Assembly: GCA_048013815.1 (NCBI GenBank)
Contig: CM106585.1
Coordinates: forward strand, 22,258,001-22,322,000
From: Setoptus koraiensis
Taxonomy: Eukaryota; Animalia; Arthropoda
Direction of reading: 5' to 3'
Length of the DNA stretch: 64,000 nucleotides
Below are positions 12,862 to 29,243 of this stretch, one piece after another. A program made the translations under genes and the position numbers. The notes below the pieces were generated by a model. The model was given only the letters and a program-made list of their open reading frames with translations. It searched no databases and was not told where the DNA came from. Within the stretch, counting starts at the first letter, position 1; every line of letters begins with the position of its first letter.

Positions 12862-12924
12862 CAACAACAGCAACAACAGCAACAACAGCAACAACAGCAA
12901 CAACAGCAACAACAGCAACAACAG
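12862..12924. repeat. (CAACAACAG)7
   Basis: Seven perfect copies read directly. Confidence 0.95.
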
Positions 12925-14892
12925 CAACATTTGCATCATGACGCAACATCCGCTGCAGCAATTAAGCAAACGAATGCAGACGACCAGATATGATCTGTTG
13001 CGTTGCGTTACGTGAGTTACGTAATCACAACAAACGATCGCCACGACAAACACACACACACACCAAATGTCCAAACTGTTAGCGGCCAGCAAACATGTTT
13101 GTTGGCCGAAAACTCTTGCCAACTCTCGCACAGGCATCGCTGTTGGCAACGACGACGACAAGTTGTATCAAGTCGCTTGCCGCTGGGGTAGCGTCATCAT
13201 CAGGTTGTGGTGCTGTTGTTGTTGCCGAATTGATTCGTGTCGTCCGTCATTTGCAACAAAAAGTGCAAATGTTGGAATGGCAAGTTTATGCATATCAATT
13301 ATGCAAATCATCTGACATTGTTATTAGCGATGCCGACATAATCTCGAATATCAAAATGCCTCCAACAACGCCGACAACGGCGCCGACGACGGCGCCGACA
13401 ACAGCGCCGACAACAGCGCAAGCCGAAATTCGCCTGGAAATTCGCCTGGAAATTCGCTCCAAAGTGCCGGAGTCCGAGGGCATAGATGCAAGTTTGCGCA
13501 TTCACAACAGTCAAGCGATTATTACTCCGTCGTGGCTTCATTTCGCCAGTTATTGTTATTTGGTTCAACGGTTTTAATTGTTTTTCTTTCGGCCTGTGTG
13601 TTGCCGGGCCGAACAAAGGCCCAAATTCACGCAGAGACCCGTTTTGCCGTTTTGCAGCACTAACATTGCCGCGCGACATTCGCGAGATTTCGTGGGCTCG
13701 GTGAATGGTGATGGTCACTCGAACGGGCCCAAATTCGATCTGGCACGAAACAAGGTAAAAAGGGGATTTCTGGCCAGTTGTTGAATGTGTTGATGAGCTG
13801 CGATGTGATAAATTGGCGCAACTTGAGCGACGGAATCAATTGATTTATTTCCTTGGCACATTGTTGAGTTGCTGACCGTTGACCGTCGAAGGTTCGAAAT
13901 GAACCTCAGATGTCGAACGGTCAGCCGATTTGTGCTTCGTTCTGGCAAGCTCGCATTCGCCGGCGTTGATCGGGTGGTCGTGGGACATGGAGATCAGGCA
14001 ACTCGAATAGCCATTACGCGTGTTTCGCATCATGGCGCGCGATATAATAATGATGTGGTGTGTCGATAAACAATTGATTGATATATGGCTTGATTAGCCG
14101 GCGTCGTTGCCGAGACGGCCACGCCGAGACTGCGAAGGTAGGCGCTAGCGACCATCACGATATTTTCATCGGCCGTTCGCGAGAATCGCCTGCCTGCGAA
14201 AATTATTGTTCTTTGTGTGCGTGTCTCCATTCTTCTGTCTCGCTGTCCGATGAGTCGTTGTTTATGACAAGATCGTGCTCACGTTCATGTTTGCCGTCTT
14301 GTTTCGTCTCGTTTCTCTCATTTTCGTTCTCTCTTTTCGCCTCGTCTCGTTTCTTTTCCACTCGTTTCTTTTCCACTTGTTGCTGCGTCTCGCCTCGTTT
14401 CGTTTCGCTTCGTTTCGGTCGGCCTCGTCTCACACCGTCTTGCGTTTCGTCTCGACTCGTCTCAGTGTGTTTCGTTATTTAGTTTCAGTTTGTTTGCAAG
14501 TTATCAGCAATCAGCGATGCCCACCGACAAAAACAAAGTGACCAATAGACACAACACTGTCGATGCAGCGCCGCTCACCGGTACAACAAAATTACCTCGA
14601 TACCGCGCCACCTGTCGTCGACGACAGATTGAAACAAGCTGGTTTTGTAATTTGCAGTTTATTTCTAACTACTTGCTAACGCTAACGTGTCATGCAACAC
14701 GCTGACAAGTGCAGCCTCTCGAACATTATTTCATCACCGTATATCATTATTTGATTCGAACAACAGTAATTGATCGTCGTGTGTGTGTGTGTGTCGTCCA
14801 GCGGTACCTAGTGCCTGTTTTCTATTCGCTGGTGCGATACCGGCAAGTGTCAATGGGTCATATGTGTCAAAAATGCCAACAAGTGGCCGGGC

Positions 14893-15753
14893 TCACAGTG
14901 GACAGTATTCGGGCAACTGGTCCTCGCCCATGTACTGGCTCAACTCTTTTTTGCTGGCCATTTTAACGTGATCTCGTTGCTCTTGGGGCAGCCATGATTT
15001 GATTATTTTCCAGGCGGCGCTCAACAGCCAGCCCATGTTGAGTACAAGAACATAACGGAGATTGCCCCTAAAATGCACTATGCTCTTGGTGAAATAATTT
15101 GCATACTCCAGATCGATGTTTGACGCGCCGGCGCCCGTGCAATCTATGCACACTATGAAACCCGTTGCCCTGCTAATAGAATCAATCTGATCTAATTGAT
15201 GGGCCACGTACCTCTTGAATTCTTCGCACGAGTTTTGGCGCTTGTGAGCGGCCACCCTAAACCAGAAAATGTTCTCGCCCAACAGTGTCTGGCCATGTAA
15301 ATATATGCTCTTTTTGCTTGTTTCTCGCACTTGTTCGCTGAACAATTTCTCAAAGTCTGCTTGTGTTGTCACATTGCAGCTACCCAACGACACCGATTTT
15401 CTCCATTCTAAACAGGCCCTCACACAAGCGGCCGTTCTGTACAGTGTCGACAATCTGTCTTGGCCTAGCCTGATGTATCGTCTGATTTGGTGGTCGTCGT
15501 TGGCGAAACGCTCTATTTCTCGCTTCTCGAAATCGGCTAAATTTATCTTACTAAACAATATCTCTCTGATCAGTTTGACTTCGACGTCGTCCAATTCTGG
15601 AACGTTCTCTTTGGCTAGAATGTCTTGCTCGCTGACGCTCAATATGACGGCCGGTTGCGTCTGCGGCTTGCTGCTGTCTTGATTCGTGGCCTCTGTCGGC
15701 GCGTCGCCGTTTCTCAGATCCACCTCGAAGGTGCCCACTTGTTCGTTGGTCAT
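14893..15753 (-). CDS. CRAL-TRIO (Sec14-like) lipid-binding domain protein, MOSPD2-like N-terminal part, 286 aa, single coding exon
   Basis: ORF shows CRAL-TRIO hallmarks: ACLEWRK at the end of the N-terminal helical region, IYLHGQTLLGENIFWFRV, GFIVCIDCTGAGASNID, LRYVLVLNMGWLLSAAWKIIKSWLP, LSQYMGEDQLPEY. No MSP domain or TM helix before the stop. Confidence 0.85.
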   Translation of the reverse strand: MTNEQVGTFEVDLRNGDAPTEATNQDSSKPQTQPAVILSVSEQDILAKENVPELDDVEVKLIREILFSKINLADFEKREIERFANDDHQIRRYIRLGQDRLSTLYRTAACVRACLEWRKSVSLGSCNVTTQADFEKLFSEQVRETSKKSIYLHGQTLLGENIFWFRVAAHKRQNSCEEFKRYVAHQLDQIDSISRATGFIVCIDCTGAGASNIDLEYANYFTKSIVHFRGNLRYVLVLNMGWLLSAAWKIIKSWLPQEQRDHVKMASKKELSQYMGEDQLPEYCPL

Positions 15754-16398
15754 TTCGCGCTGCGATCTCGCTTCGAATTTGCGATTTCGGCGCCGTGATT
15801 TCGGTGCTGTGATTTCGGCGCTGTGATTTCGATTTCGCGATTTCGGTGCCGCGGTTTAGATTTCGTGATGTCGGTGCTTGCGATCTGCTGGTGCTAGTTG
15901 GTTGTTGCTCGATGGCGTCAGTTTATCACTAGATTATCACTGGCTGGCAAATGAACGGCAATTAATTGACTAATGATTGACTGTTTTGCATGCTGCTGTT
16001 TGCTGCTTCGATGCTGCCGATAACTGCAATCGGACACTGCAATTGCACTGCGCGACTGCTGCTGCGCCGCGGATTGCACTGAAAACAAATTTGTTGTGGG
16101 CTTGTTGGCTTGTTGGCTGGAGCTCGCTTTTTTGCTCGATCTGCTTGCCGGTTGCTGGATCAATTTCGGCGCCGCTGTCTCATTGTCCAAATGGAGATTT
16201 CGCTACAATTTCGGAGCTTGTTTGTTTTGAAAATTTCGCAAATGCAGTCGGTAACGGCGCCAACAAATCGAATTGTAATATAATACAAAATAAATGAGTA
16301 TGAATAAATAAATGTTGCGTTAAATCGGCAAGCTCATTAGCTGGGCTAGTTTGGCTGCCAGTTTGGCTGATGAAAACCCTTCTAACAGCGACAGCTCA

Positions 16399-16400
<2 letters not shown>

Positions 16401-16437
<37 letters not shown>

Positions 16438-16456
16438 GTATCGTTTTGCACTTGTT
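16401..16456. repeat. (GT)n microsatellite
   Basis: Read directly. Confidence 0.95.
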
Positions 16457-19400
16457 GTTGCTAGCGAGAGCGAGCAGCTCACCTGTCTGTCTCATAGTAA
16501 TTGGTATTAGTTGTATCGGATAGTCAGTGGCAGCGGTTTAATAGTTGTATGAACTCACGCACAGTCCCAAGACCGCCATTAATGTCAGCCGGCAACAGGT
16601 ACAGGTATGAGTCACTGCTAAGTATAGAATATTGAAAAAAACTATCTAAAACATTGCGACTAAATTATTTTTTTCCCTCTCAAAACTATCTCAGCGCCAC
16701 TAATAACATTACTGACTATCATTGTTTGAGGATTGCAACTATTACAAATAGTACTAATGTATTCACTTTCAAGATCACGTTCTCTGCGTTGCCTGAACGT
16801 TCTTTGGGCCGCTGCTCACATTTGGCTGCCGCTCGTAAAGAATTCGCAAAGAAACGAGAGGAGCGGTTCCAATTGCGAAAACCGCCAAGTTAACGTCACT
16901 CCGCTCGCAATAGCGCCCATCGACACCTACAGGCCAACCTGATCACCTAAATCGCTTAAATGTTGCATATAATTCTGAATAATCCCTATTTTATTGTATG
17001 TCTCCCCCTCGGTCTGATCGCATTTATTAGCTTACCTTGTTAGCTCTCTCTCTGTCTCTGTCTGTAAGTAATATTCAAATTTATGCTTATTGTGATTTAT
17101 ACCTACGTGCGGTGAGTTGTTGTTGCCCGGCTGGCGATGCTGCTACTTCGGCTGCTGCAAATCACACCAACTTACTAGTTTTGATGAGTTACGATGTGCC
17201 CATGATAATGATCTTGTAAATCTTTTATTTATAGCGACTTGCTGGCTCACTCGAATTGTGATCAGCGTCTCGCTCTTGAACTAACACGCAGCAAAATGTT
17301 GCCTCCAAGTGGCAGGCAACATTTTGTTGTCGTTCGACCAGGTAATCAGGCGCTAAACACAAGTTGAGACAAGTGAACAATGGAAAGCCAACGAGAGACA
17401 CTCTGTTACTTCAAATGAATAGCATGATAAATACTTGACATGTTACCAATGCAAATGCGTAACGACGCTCACCGGCGCGTACAAAATACAGGTAAAGTGG
17501 CGACTTTCTCTCTCTCTCTCTCTCGTTCGGTTTTTCGTTGATGTTATTGACATTTTTTTCTATTTCGCATGAGCACGCTGCAGTGGCAATAAAAGCCAAG
17601 CTAGTTGCCGGCGGCACAGCAAGCAACAGGTAGCAACAGGAAGTGAGCAACACTCCGAGCGGCAGGCGAGACATGTGTGCATTTGAAATGTATGTCAAAC
17701 TAGCATAACATCGGCAGAAAGAACCTTTTTTCCGCTGTTGGAATAGCCCGAAAACCATCACAGCTATAAATTGAGGCCAAGCGTAGTTATCTGAAATGGG
17801 TGCTGTATCGTAATGACACAATCAAATTTTTGGGCTGATTTTCGGGTTGATTTTCGGGTTGATTTTCATCGCGGCAAACGGTCTTGGTTGGTTTTTCTTC
17901 ACTAAAACCGGCTAAAAAGGATTTTTCTTCCAAAAACGCTTATAAACTGGAAAAACATCCGGCTCGTGGAATATTGAGCAGTTTACAAAGTGGTTAGAGG
18001 CACTGGCATAAGTCCGCATGATCGATTTTGCGGAGCCCCCGAAATAATCTAAATGCATATTATATATTTAGATGCCTATCATTTCATTTTTGCGCAAATA
18101 AACGAGTTTTTCCACTGAAATTTGTCGTTCGAAAACAAAAAACAAGCGCCGAACGATTTCGATCCGCTTTTTATCACGTGAACAGCATAATGTGATACGC
18201 AGTCAGCTGCATCTGGAGATATTCACATCGTGGGCAACAGCACAATTCAGTACTGACTCCGTTGAGTAGTTGCTCTCACACGATGCGAGAAAAAGTTGCC
18301 ATCCCGAATTAAGCTGTGTCAAGATATTAGCAACCACAGCGATATCAGTTGGCTGGCGAATCGGCATTGGCCCGGTTTGTACAACCAGTCTAGTCGCATT
18401 ATAACAAGATTTCGGTGGCTTTTGTTAATAACTAACAACTCGCTAAACAAACAAGTCGCTTGCAAAACGAACCATTTTCTTCGGTTCAGATATCACTAGT
18501 TGATTGTTGTATCGCTTCAATTAGTTTGCCCCCTCTAATGGGCACAATTGTTCTTGAATGTGCTTGTGTTAAATCTTGGCTTGTCGATAGCTGAAAGCGC
18601 AACAGTTTAGCGCAACAAATCAATGGCAAGCAAGAAAGAATTTCGCTTTCATTGAGACAAGATTGAATACAGGCAATCAACTACCTGTATTTAATCTGCT
18701 GCTCAACATGTTAAGTTGTGACACGTCGCCAGTTGATTTTATTGTATTCGTTCTGGCTGCTTTGTGGATTTTTGTTGAGGGCATTTCCAGCATTCACTTT
18801 GTGCCCTCTTGCGTCTCATGCGTAACATATTGACATCAAGCTAGTTACTGACAATGTCAATGGATAGACAGATAGACCTGATGATAATAAACACGCCCGT
18901 TGATACTTTGTTGTATTTTTCACAAAAGTCACTCCAAGTTTGTTTGTTGACAATATCAATTCGTCTATGTAGCAGTGTGGCTGTGGTCTGCTGCTCGTTG
19001 TAGTTGAGCAAGTTTAATTTGATTTCCTTTTGAGATCACCTTTTCCAGTCACAACACAACATGATGAGTAGCATCGGGTAAAATTCAATAACTAGCTACT
19101 TCTGTGTCACGGTATATCAAGGCTGATAGAAAATGCGACAACCAACGACAAACAAATGATAGACGAGAAACTATAAACGACACACGACAAGTTTGGTTTG
19201 TTTTTCAGTGTATTTATCATAAGTGTTGGCTATTCACAACACACACACAAACACACCATCAAATCAAATCAGATAGTAGATGGATAGATAATGTAGTAAA
19301 CAGACAGATCATCATTTTCAAGATAATGCAACCAGACACACAAGTTATCGCATACAGGTCATATTAGATTTTAGTGAATTTTGTCCACTAGACCTTCACT

Positions 19401-22400
19401 GTTCAACATATACCTTATATGTCGTTTCTGGAAAAATCGTTTGTCATGTTAGTGTAATCATGTGAAGTTGATTACAAAAAAAAGTATGGCTAGCTGTTAG
19501 TGACAAGCTCAGTATGGTTTTGATTGTCACATTGGCAACGAAAGATTATTATTTCTAATTTTTATCATTATTTGCATTTGCTTTATACGACGGGCTCGCT
19601 CTTCTGATCGCCTTCTTATCATTGAATGACTGTGCAGCGTTTAGATTGACTCATTATCACTGTCGCGTATCGTATTTTTCGACAAACTGACTTGCTGCGA
19701 TTATTGATGACATGATAGGTTGATCCGACGAATGGACAAACAGAGATTCGCAGTGTTAGTGAATGAATAAGCATGATCGAAGCCTCATCACTTCGGTAAT
19801 TATCCGCGCCTGAGCCATCTAACCTAGGTACCACGAAACTGATTGATGGACACAACAAAATCGGTCATGAAACGAAATTTTTCCGCTAGAGTGATAACTA
19901 TGCCAGTTCATACTTTGACCAAACCTACACAGATGAGTTTTACGAGTTTGTATTTCTATCGACAGCTCGAACTAGATTTTGACCCTTTCTGTAAGAAAAA
20001 CATAAAAATAGTGAATAAATTGTTTTTTTTTTCAGCGACATTTTTATGAATTCTCAGTCAACACGTTCCAACTAGATGTCGATGACGTACAGCGATTGAT
20101 GTATTTTCGAATATTCGATATTTCTAAAAAAAAATGTTCCGAATAACCGATTCCGAGTGACAAAAACCAAAAAATCTCACGTTCGGCGGTCATAAAAACA
20201 GCTTTTATTTCGATTAGTTTTAGTCACTGATTTTGTTGTCCATTTTGATTGCGTTGAACTAGTGAAGGCAACCAGGGCGCACATTAGGATTTTTACCGGG
20301 CCGAAAAAAAAAATATTATGAAGGCAACATCCGGTCCGCTGTGCATTGGAGCCGGGCATCCGGTCAACGAACAGTAGCGGCCGCTTGAGCACTTCAATTG
20401 TATCAGGTGAACAAACGGCCCGAAGCTGTTGACGGCTTTGTGAGATGCTGTTTGATTTTGGTTTAAAGATAAATTAGCAGTTAATCAGCAGTTATTAATT
20501 AACGAATTGATAAAATGCGGTCATTAGCGCCAGCCTTGTTATACAGATGGCGTTAATTACTTTCGATAATCTAGATGCGACGTTTGTCACGTCGACTAGT
20601 TTGAGTGCCAGATTATAGAGTGTAGCACTGTAGTGAGTACTGTAAGTATAGCTTGATGGTCGTATTACAAATTACATTAATTAACCACAAACATGTGAGC
20701 AATGACAACAATCCGTTCTCAACTTTCATTGCCCAACACACAAGCGCTACGTTTCCGTTTTTAGCTAGATGAGAATGCGGTAGATACACCGCGGATGTTA
20801 CACGTTAGCTACTTGTTACACGATTGATACACACGCACTGTCTGGCACACATAATTAATTAAGCGATCTCTCTAAATGAATTATTTGCAATTGGCCAGGT
20901 AGATAAATATATATTTATTTTGTTTGTTCGTCTGTCTGTCATGACGAGCAAGACAAACGAACAATCGCGACCAACAAACCAACAGTGACAGTTGAAATAG
21001 TTGAATGAGCAGACACCTTGTTAGACTGTGTTGTGAAAACAGCCACAAAATTGTGATTTTGTTGCTCTATTTGCTTGTTTGCTTTGTTGCGCCCCCTTGA
21101 GTCACTAATCAGCGAGCTGATACCTGTGCAGGCATTGATTGGTTTGTTGTTGTTGGCCGTCGCTCTGTTGCCAGCATCATCTGTTACCGTACAAAATATT
21201 TGCTAACGTTAGCAACGCTTATGACAGCCATAAGATGTAATTAAGCTTTTAAATCCGGTTGTTTTTCGCTTAATTTGTTTCATTTTCGGTGTGTTGTTTA
21301 CATTTGTATTTGTGCAATTGTGTATTTGTGCAATGTATGCGCGCAACACACTCGTTACAAGTGCACTTGTTACACCAGCTAAACACCAGGCAAGCTGCTG
21401 CAAATGAGCTTGCTAATGAAGACAAAAGAGGGATAATCTAAGGCACAACAAGTTCCACCGATACTCCAATCTGAGTGATGGCCGCCAATCTGATCGAGGG
21501 GCACAATAACTACTGAAATACTAACGCGTTATAAGTGTAGTTGTTATTCGATATCGATACCATCACAATTGTTTGCCAACGCTGTGTTAATTAGTTCGCT
21601 TACCTGCAAAGAGCTTTGTAGGTGTACGAACGAGCTGCTGCAATTAACGGAGCACGGATTAACTGACCCTTGTTACACTGTCCGATAGTTAGGTAGCTGG
21701 ACAGTGCCAACAACAACCGCAGCAACAATGTACGCAGGGCATAAAAGAATAAATTACACACTGACACTAATGAGCTGATAGCTGCCATTGCATTCTGTTA
21801 CGCATCTATCATGATTTGAGTCGGTCAACCGCTCGACCAGTCGAATTGACTGGCCCAGTTCAATCGAGCTCGCATCACATAATCTTGCAATGTCATATTG
21901 TGTGCACTGCATCGTTGTGTAGTAGCCAATTGGGGCCACTTCAATGGGTCAAACGAGACTGATGCTTTGTTTTCATGACAACGCGCTTCGGATTACAAGT
22001 ACGAGATATAAACAAGTACGAAATTGTTTGTTGTAGTTGCTTACTGTGCCATTCAATCATCGGTGTGTATTCGATCGGACAAAAACACTGCTTACGCCGG
22101 ATAAACACTAGCACTGAAACAAGTCCAACAGGTACTAACAGAGCTCAACGGGGCCAATGTGGTCACTGTTGATTGAGCAATTTCGACCAAAACACAACAG
22201 TGGGCAAGTCGACGCGTTTTGTTTTTCTCGCCTTCTGTCCCTCACTGTTGGCGTTTCGTCTCTCACGAGCGCCACCAAAACCGGGCCGGCCCTCTGTCGG
22301 ACAAATCCGCTCAGCACACGGTTGGTCTTGTGCCGCTACAAGGGCAACAATAGGCTATAATAATAACAGGGTGACAGTGATGCTGTTGTCACCTGGTGGC

Positions 22401-23465
22401 GAGCAACAGCAAACCGTTACAGTTGGCACACTGATGGCGATATGTCATGAGTGAGTTGACGTTGAGCTATCTGTCAAGTGCAGGCACCTTCGTCATCATT
22501 TGCATCATTTACTACGGTCGCAATGAGCGCATCATCATTAATATATTGCGACAATGGTAAGCAGTGCAGTTGTAGCCAACTCTTGCTACTGTTCGGGTTG
22601 CGCTGCCGGGTAGCGGGTAGCGGTTTTTAAGTGGTTTGCGGCCCGTCAATTGCCCACTGGCAACTACAAACTGCCAACGACTGGCTTGTCGGCCTGCAAT
22701 CGGCCGGCTAGCTGGCGCCGATGGGCCGGCGTGGAGCGCGGTGCCGAGCGACACCGCGTTGCGCCGGCCCACTCAGTGATATCCAAATAACTGTTTGTGT
22801 GTAATTACATAATAATAACTTTATTTTCGCTGCACTCGCATGCCGCTGCCGCTGCAAACAACAGGAAGTTGCCAATGGCAGCGGACACAAATGTTTTGTC
22901 GCTAATGTTTGTGTCGCGGGCCCATTGTGTTTTAATGTGCTGCAATGGTGACAATAATAATCTAATGGCAATAATAACGCACGGGCTTTGCTGCTGCGGT
23001 TGCGGGGGCGTCCATCGAGGGCGCTTATGTCAACTTGGGCATGTCGCTATCGAGTCGCCATTATTAATATATTGCCTGTAAGCGACTGTACTGTTGTGAC
23101 GCGCTGTTAGCTCACAGTGTGTCTCGGAATGGATAATTGTGAGCACAGTGCGAGCAGATTGGAATTGTGGATAATTGTGAGCAGAAAAAGTACAAACAAA
23201 CAAACGAAAGAACGAACGAGCGAGCGAGCGACAAGGAAATTGTATCAGCGGTGTGTGCTGGCTCCGGCGCTCGACTGTGTCTGTCGTTAGTTGTTATATA
23301 ACAACAATTGTGTGCGAGAGTGTGTAGAGAGATGCCTATCAAATTATCATCCAATACCCCGGCTGCTACCACCACTAAACAAACAGGCCACGGCAGTAGC
23401 GGAGGAATTCTTCTCGATATTGTGCATGGCGTGTGAGGCCGATCTCTCTTTTTCTCTCTGCTGCT

Positions 23466-23590
23466 GCTGGATACGGCTGGATATTCGTTTGGCTGGATAT
23501 TCGTTTGGCTGGATATTCGTGCTGGATTTGATGTGCGTGGGGCTGGCTGGATGTACATTTAACTGGATGTACATTTAACTGGATATACAT
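23466..23590. repeat. Two adjacent 16-bp arrays sharing a CTGGAT core (GGCTGGATATTCGTTT x~3; CTGGATGTACATTTAA x~3)
   Basis: Read directly. Confidence 0.85.
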
Positions 23591-23921
23591 GTGCATTGAG
23601 CTATGTGTACGGCATAGTGATCATCATTTAAATAATCGCTATAATGATGAAGGAGAAACTTGCTCCAACTTGCACCACTAGCGACAGCAAGTAGCAGCCA
23701 GTAGCAGCAGCGGCATCCATGGGCTCTAGCGTCGTTCGCGACTTGCGACTCGCTCATGCTGATGATGGCATGTATTGGTAGTGACATTATTGAGCTTGAG
23801 ACACACAACAGCAAACAGAGACAGTGACATAGAGAGCGCTTGACAATGCGCTCGCCAAGCGGCCGCTTAGTGCGCAATGGGCAAGGATATGTCGCTAGGT
23901 CGCTTTTTAAACAACGGCTCG

Positions 23922-23923
<2 letters not shown>

Positions 23924-23976
<53 letters not shown>
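23924..23976. repeat. (GT)26 microsatellite
   Basis: Read directly. Confidence 0.95.
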
Positions 23977-23977
<1 letters not shown>

Positions 23978-25025
23978 AATTTACGTAACAAAAACTAAGA
24001 CAACGTTACGTTATGGCACAAAAATAACGTAATGGCAACGTAATAATGCCATTGCGACAGTTGCACAACAAGACGCAAAGTAGGCAGCAGACTTAGCAAT
24101 CAGTTTGTGGGCGACAATGGAAAATGGTGACAAAACTCAGAGCCAGCAGCTAAACTCAAGCTAGCAGCCAGCAGCCAGCGAAACTAAAATTGAAAATTAA
24201 AGCTCGCTAACGTTCGAGCTGCGAGCTACGCCAGTTCTTTTTATAAATGTGAAGTGAACTTTCTGATGTGATTATGGTAAATTCTTTGCAGCAAATTCTT
24301 TGATTCTTTGATGTGTGCCTGTCTAGCGTTGCCTGCTGTGCGTTGGCTGCTATAATTATATTGCCACCATCTCTTTGCCAACATCCTCTACAGTTGCCAT
24401 TGCTCTCCACAATGCCATCGCTAGGCTCTCTGTGGCTCGACACACACACACACACTCATGCACTTGCAGTATCCATCCGTCGTCTATGCGCGATGATTTA
24501 TCTCACGATTCGCGGCTGGTGCTAGTTGCATTACATTAGCAGCTATTGTCAGCTATTGTCTAAATACTGTCAGATCAAATCGTCATAATCGACAAATCAT
24601 CATCACCGTTTTTTGTTGTTTCCTACAATTAATTGATCAAGTATTTATTGATTGCAATTTCTCACTCAAACACACACACTTGCCTTACGTAACTTATTGC
24701 TGCTGCTACTCGCAGCAGTCACATTGTGTCACATCAAACTCTCGTGATCAGAGCACAACAAACCAATTTAATTGTCCATTTATTATCCACACAAATATCC
24801 ACACAAATACCTAGAGCCACAAGCAACAGTTTATAGCAACTTTATACTGCACCAATTGTTACACATTAGACCAATTGACGCCAGCGACCCCCATAACACA
24901 ACGCATCGTGCGTCTCGCACTTAGATAGATCCGAATTAGATAGATTCGCTTATCACCGTCATTTGTGTGCAACAGTAATCAGTGTAAAACGAAACATGAC
25001 TAGGTAGAAATAACTAATTAACTAA

Positions 25026-29239
<4,214 letters not shown>

Positions 29240-29243
29240 GGAA

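Noticed and set aside
14203-14433. Charged K/R/E-rich ORF that could be a downstream exon of the CRAL-TRIO gene
   Set aside because: Arises from a TTCG/TCTC pyrimidine-rich low-complexity tract; no MSP similarity and no clear splice sites.
15269-15682. Plus-strand ORF; similarly 30295..30738 and 40586..41308
   Set aside because: Antisense shadows of real genes (CRAL-TRIO, CPSF2, DCAF1).
16753-16942. Protein-like short ORFs (…LAAARKEFAKKREERF…)
   Set aside because: No family recognised and no consistent start/splice model.
22484-22556. Possible small exon tgcag|GTFVIICIIYYGRNERIIINILRQ|gtaagc
   Set aside because: Splice-like ends and a hydrophobic peptide, but no partner exons or homology; RNA-seq would be needed.
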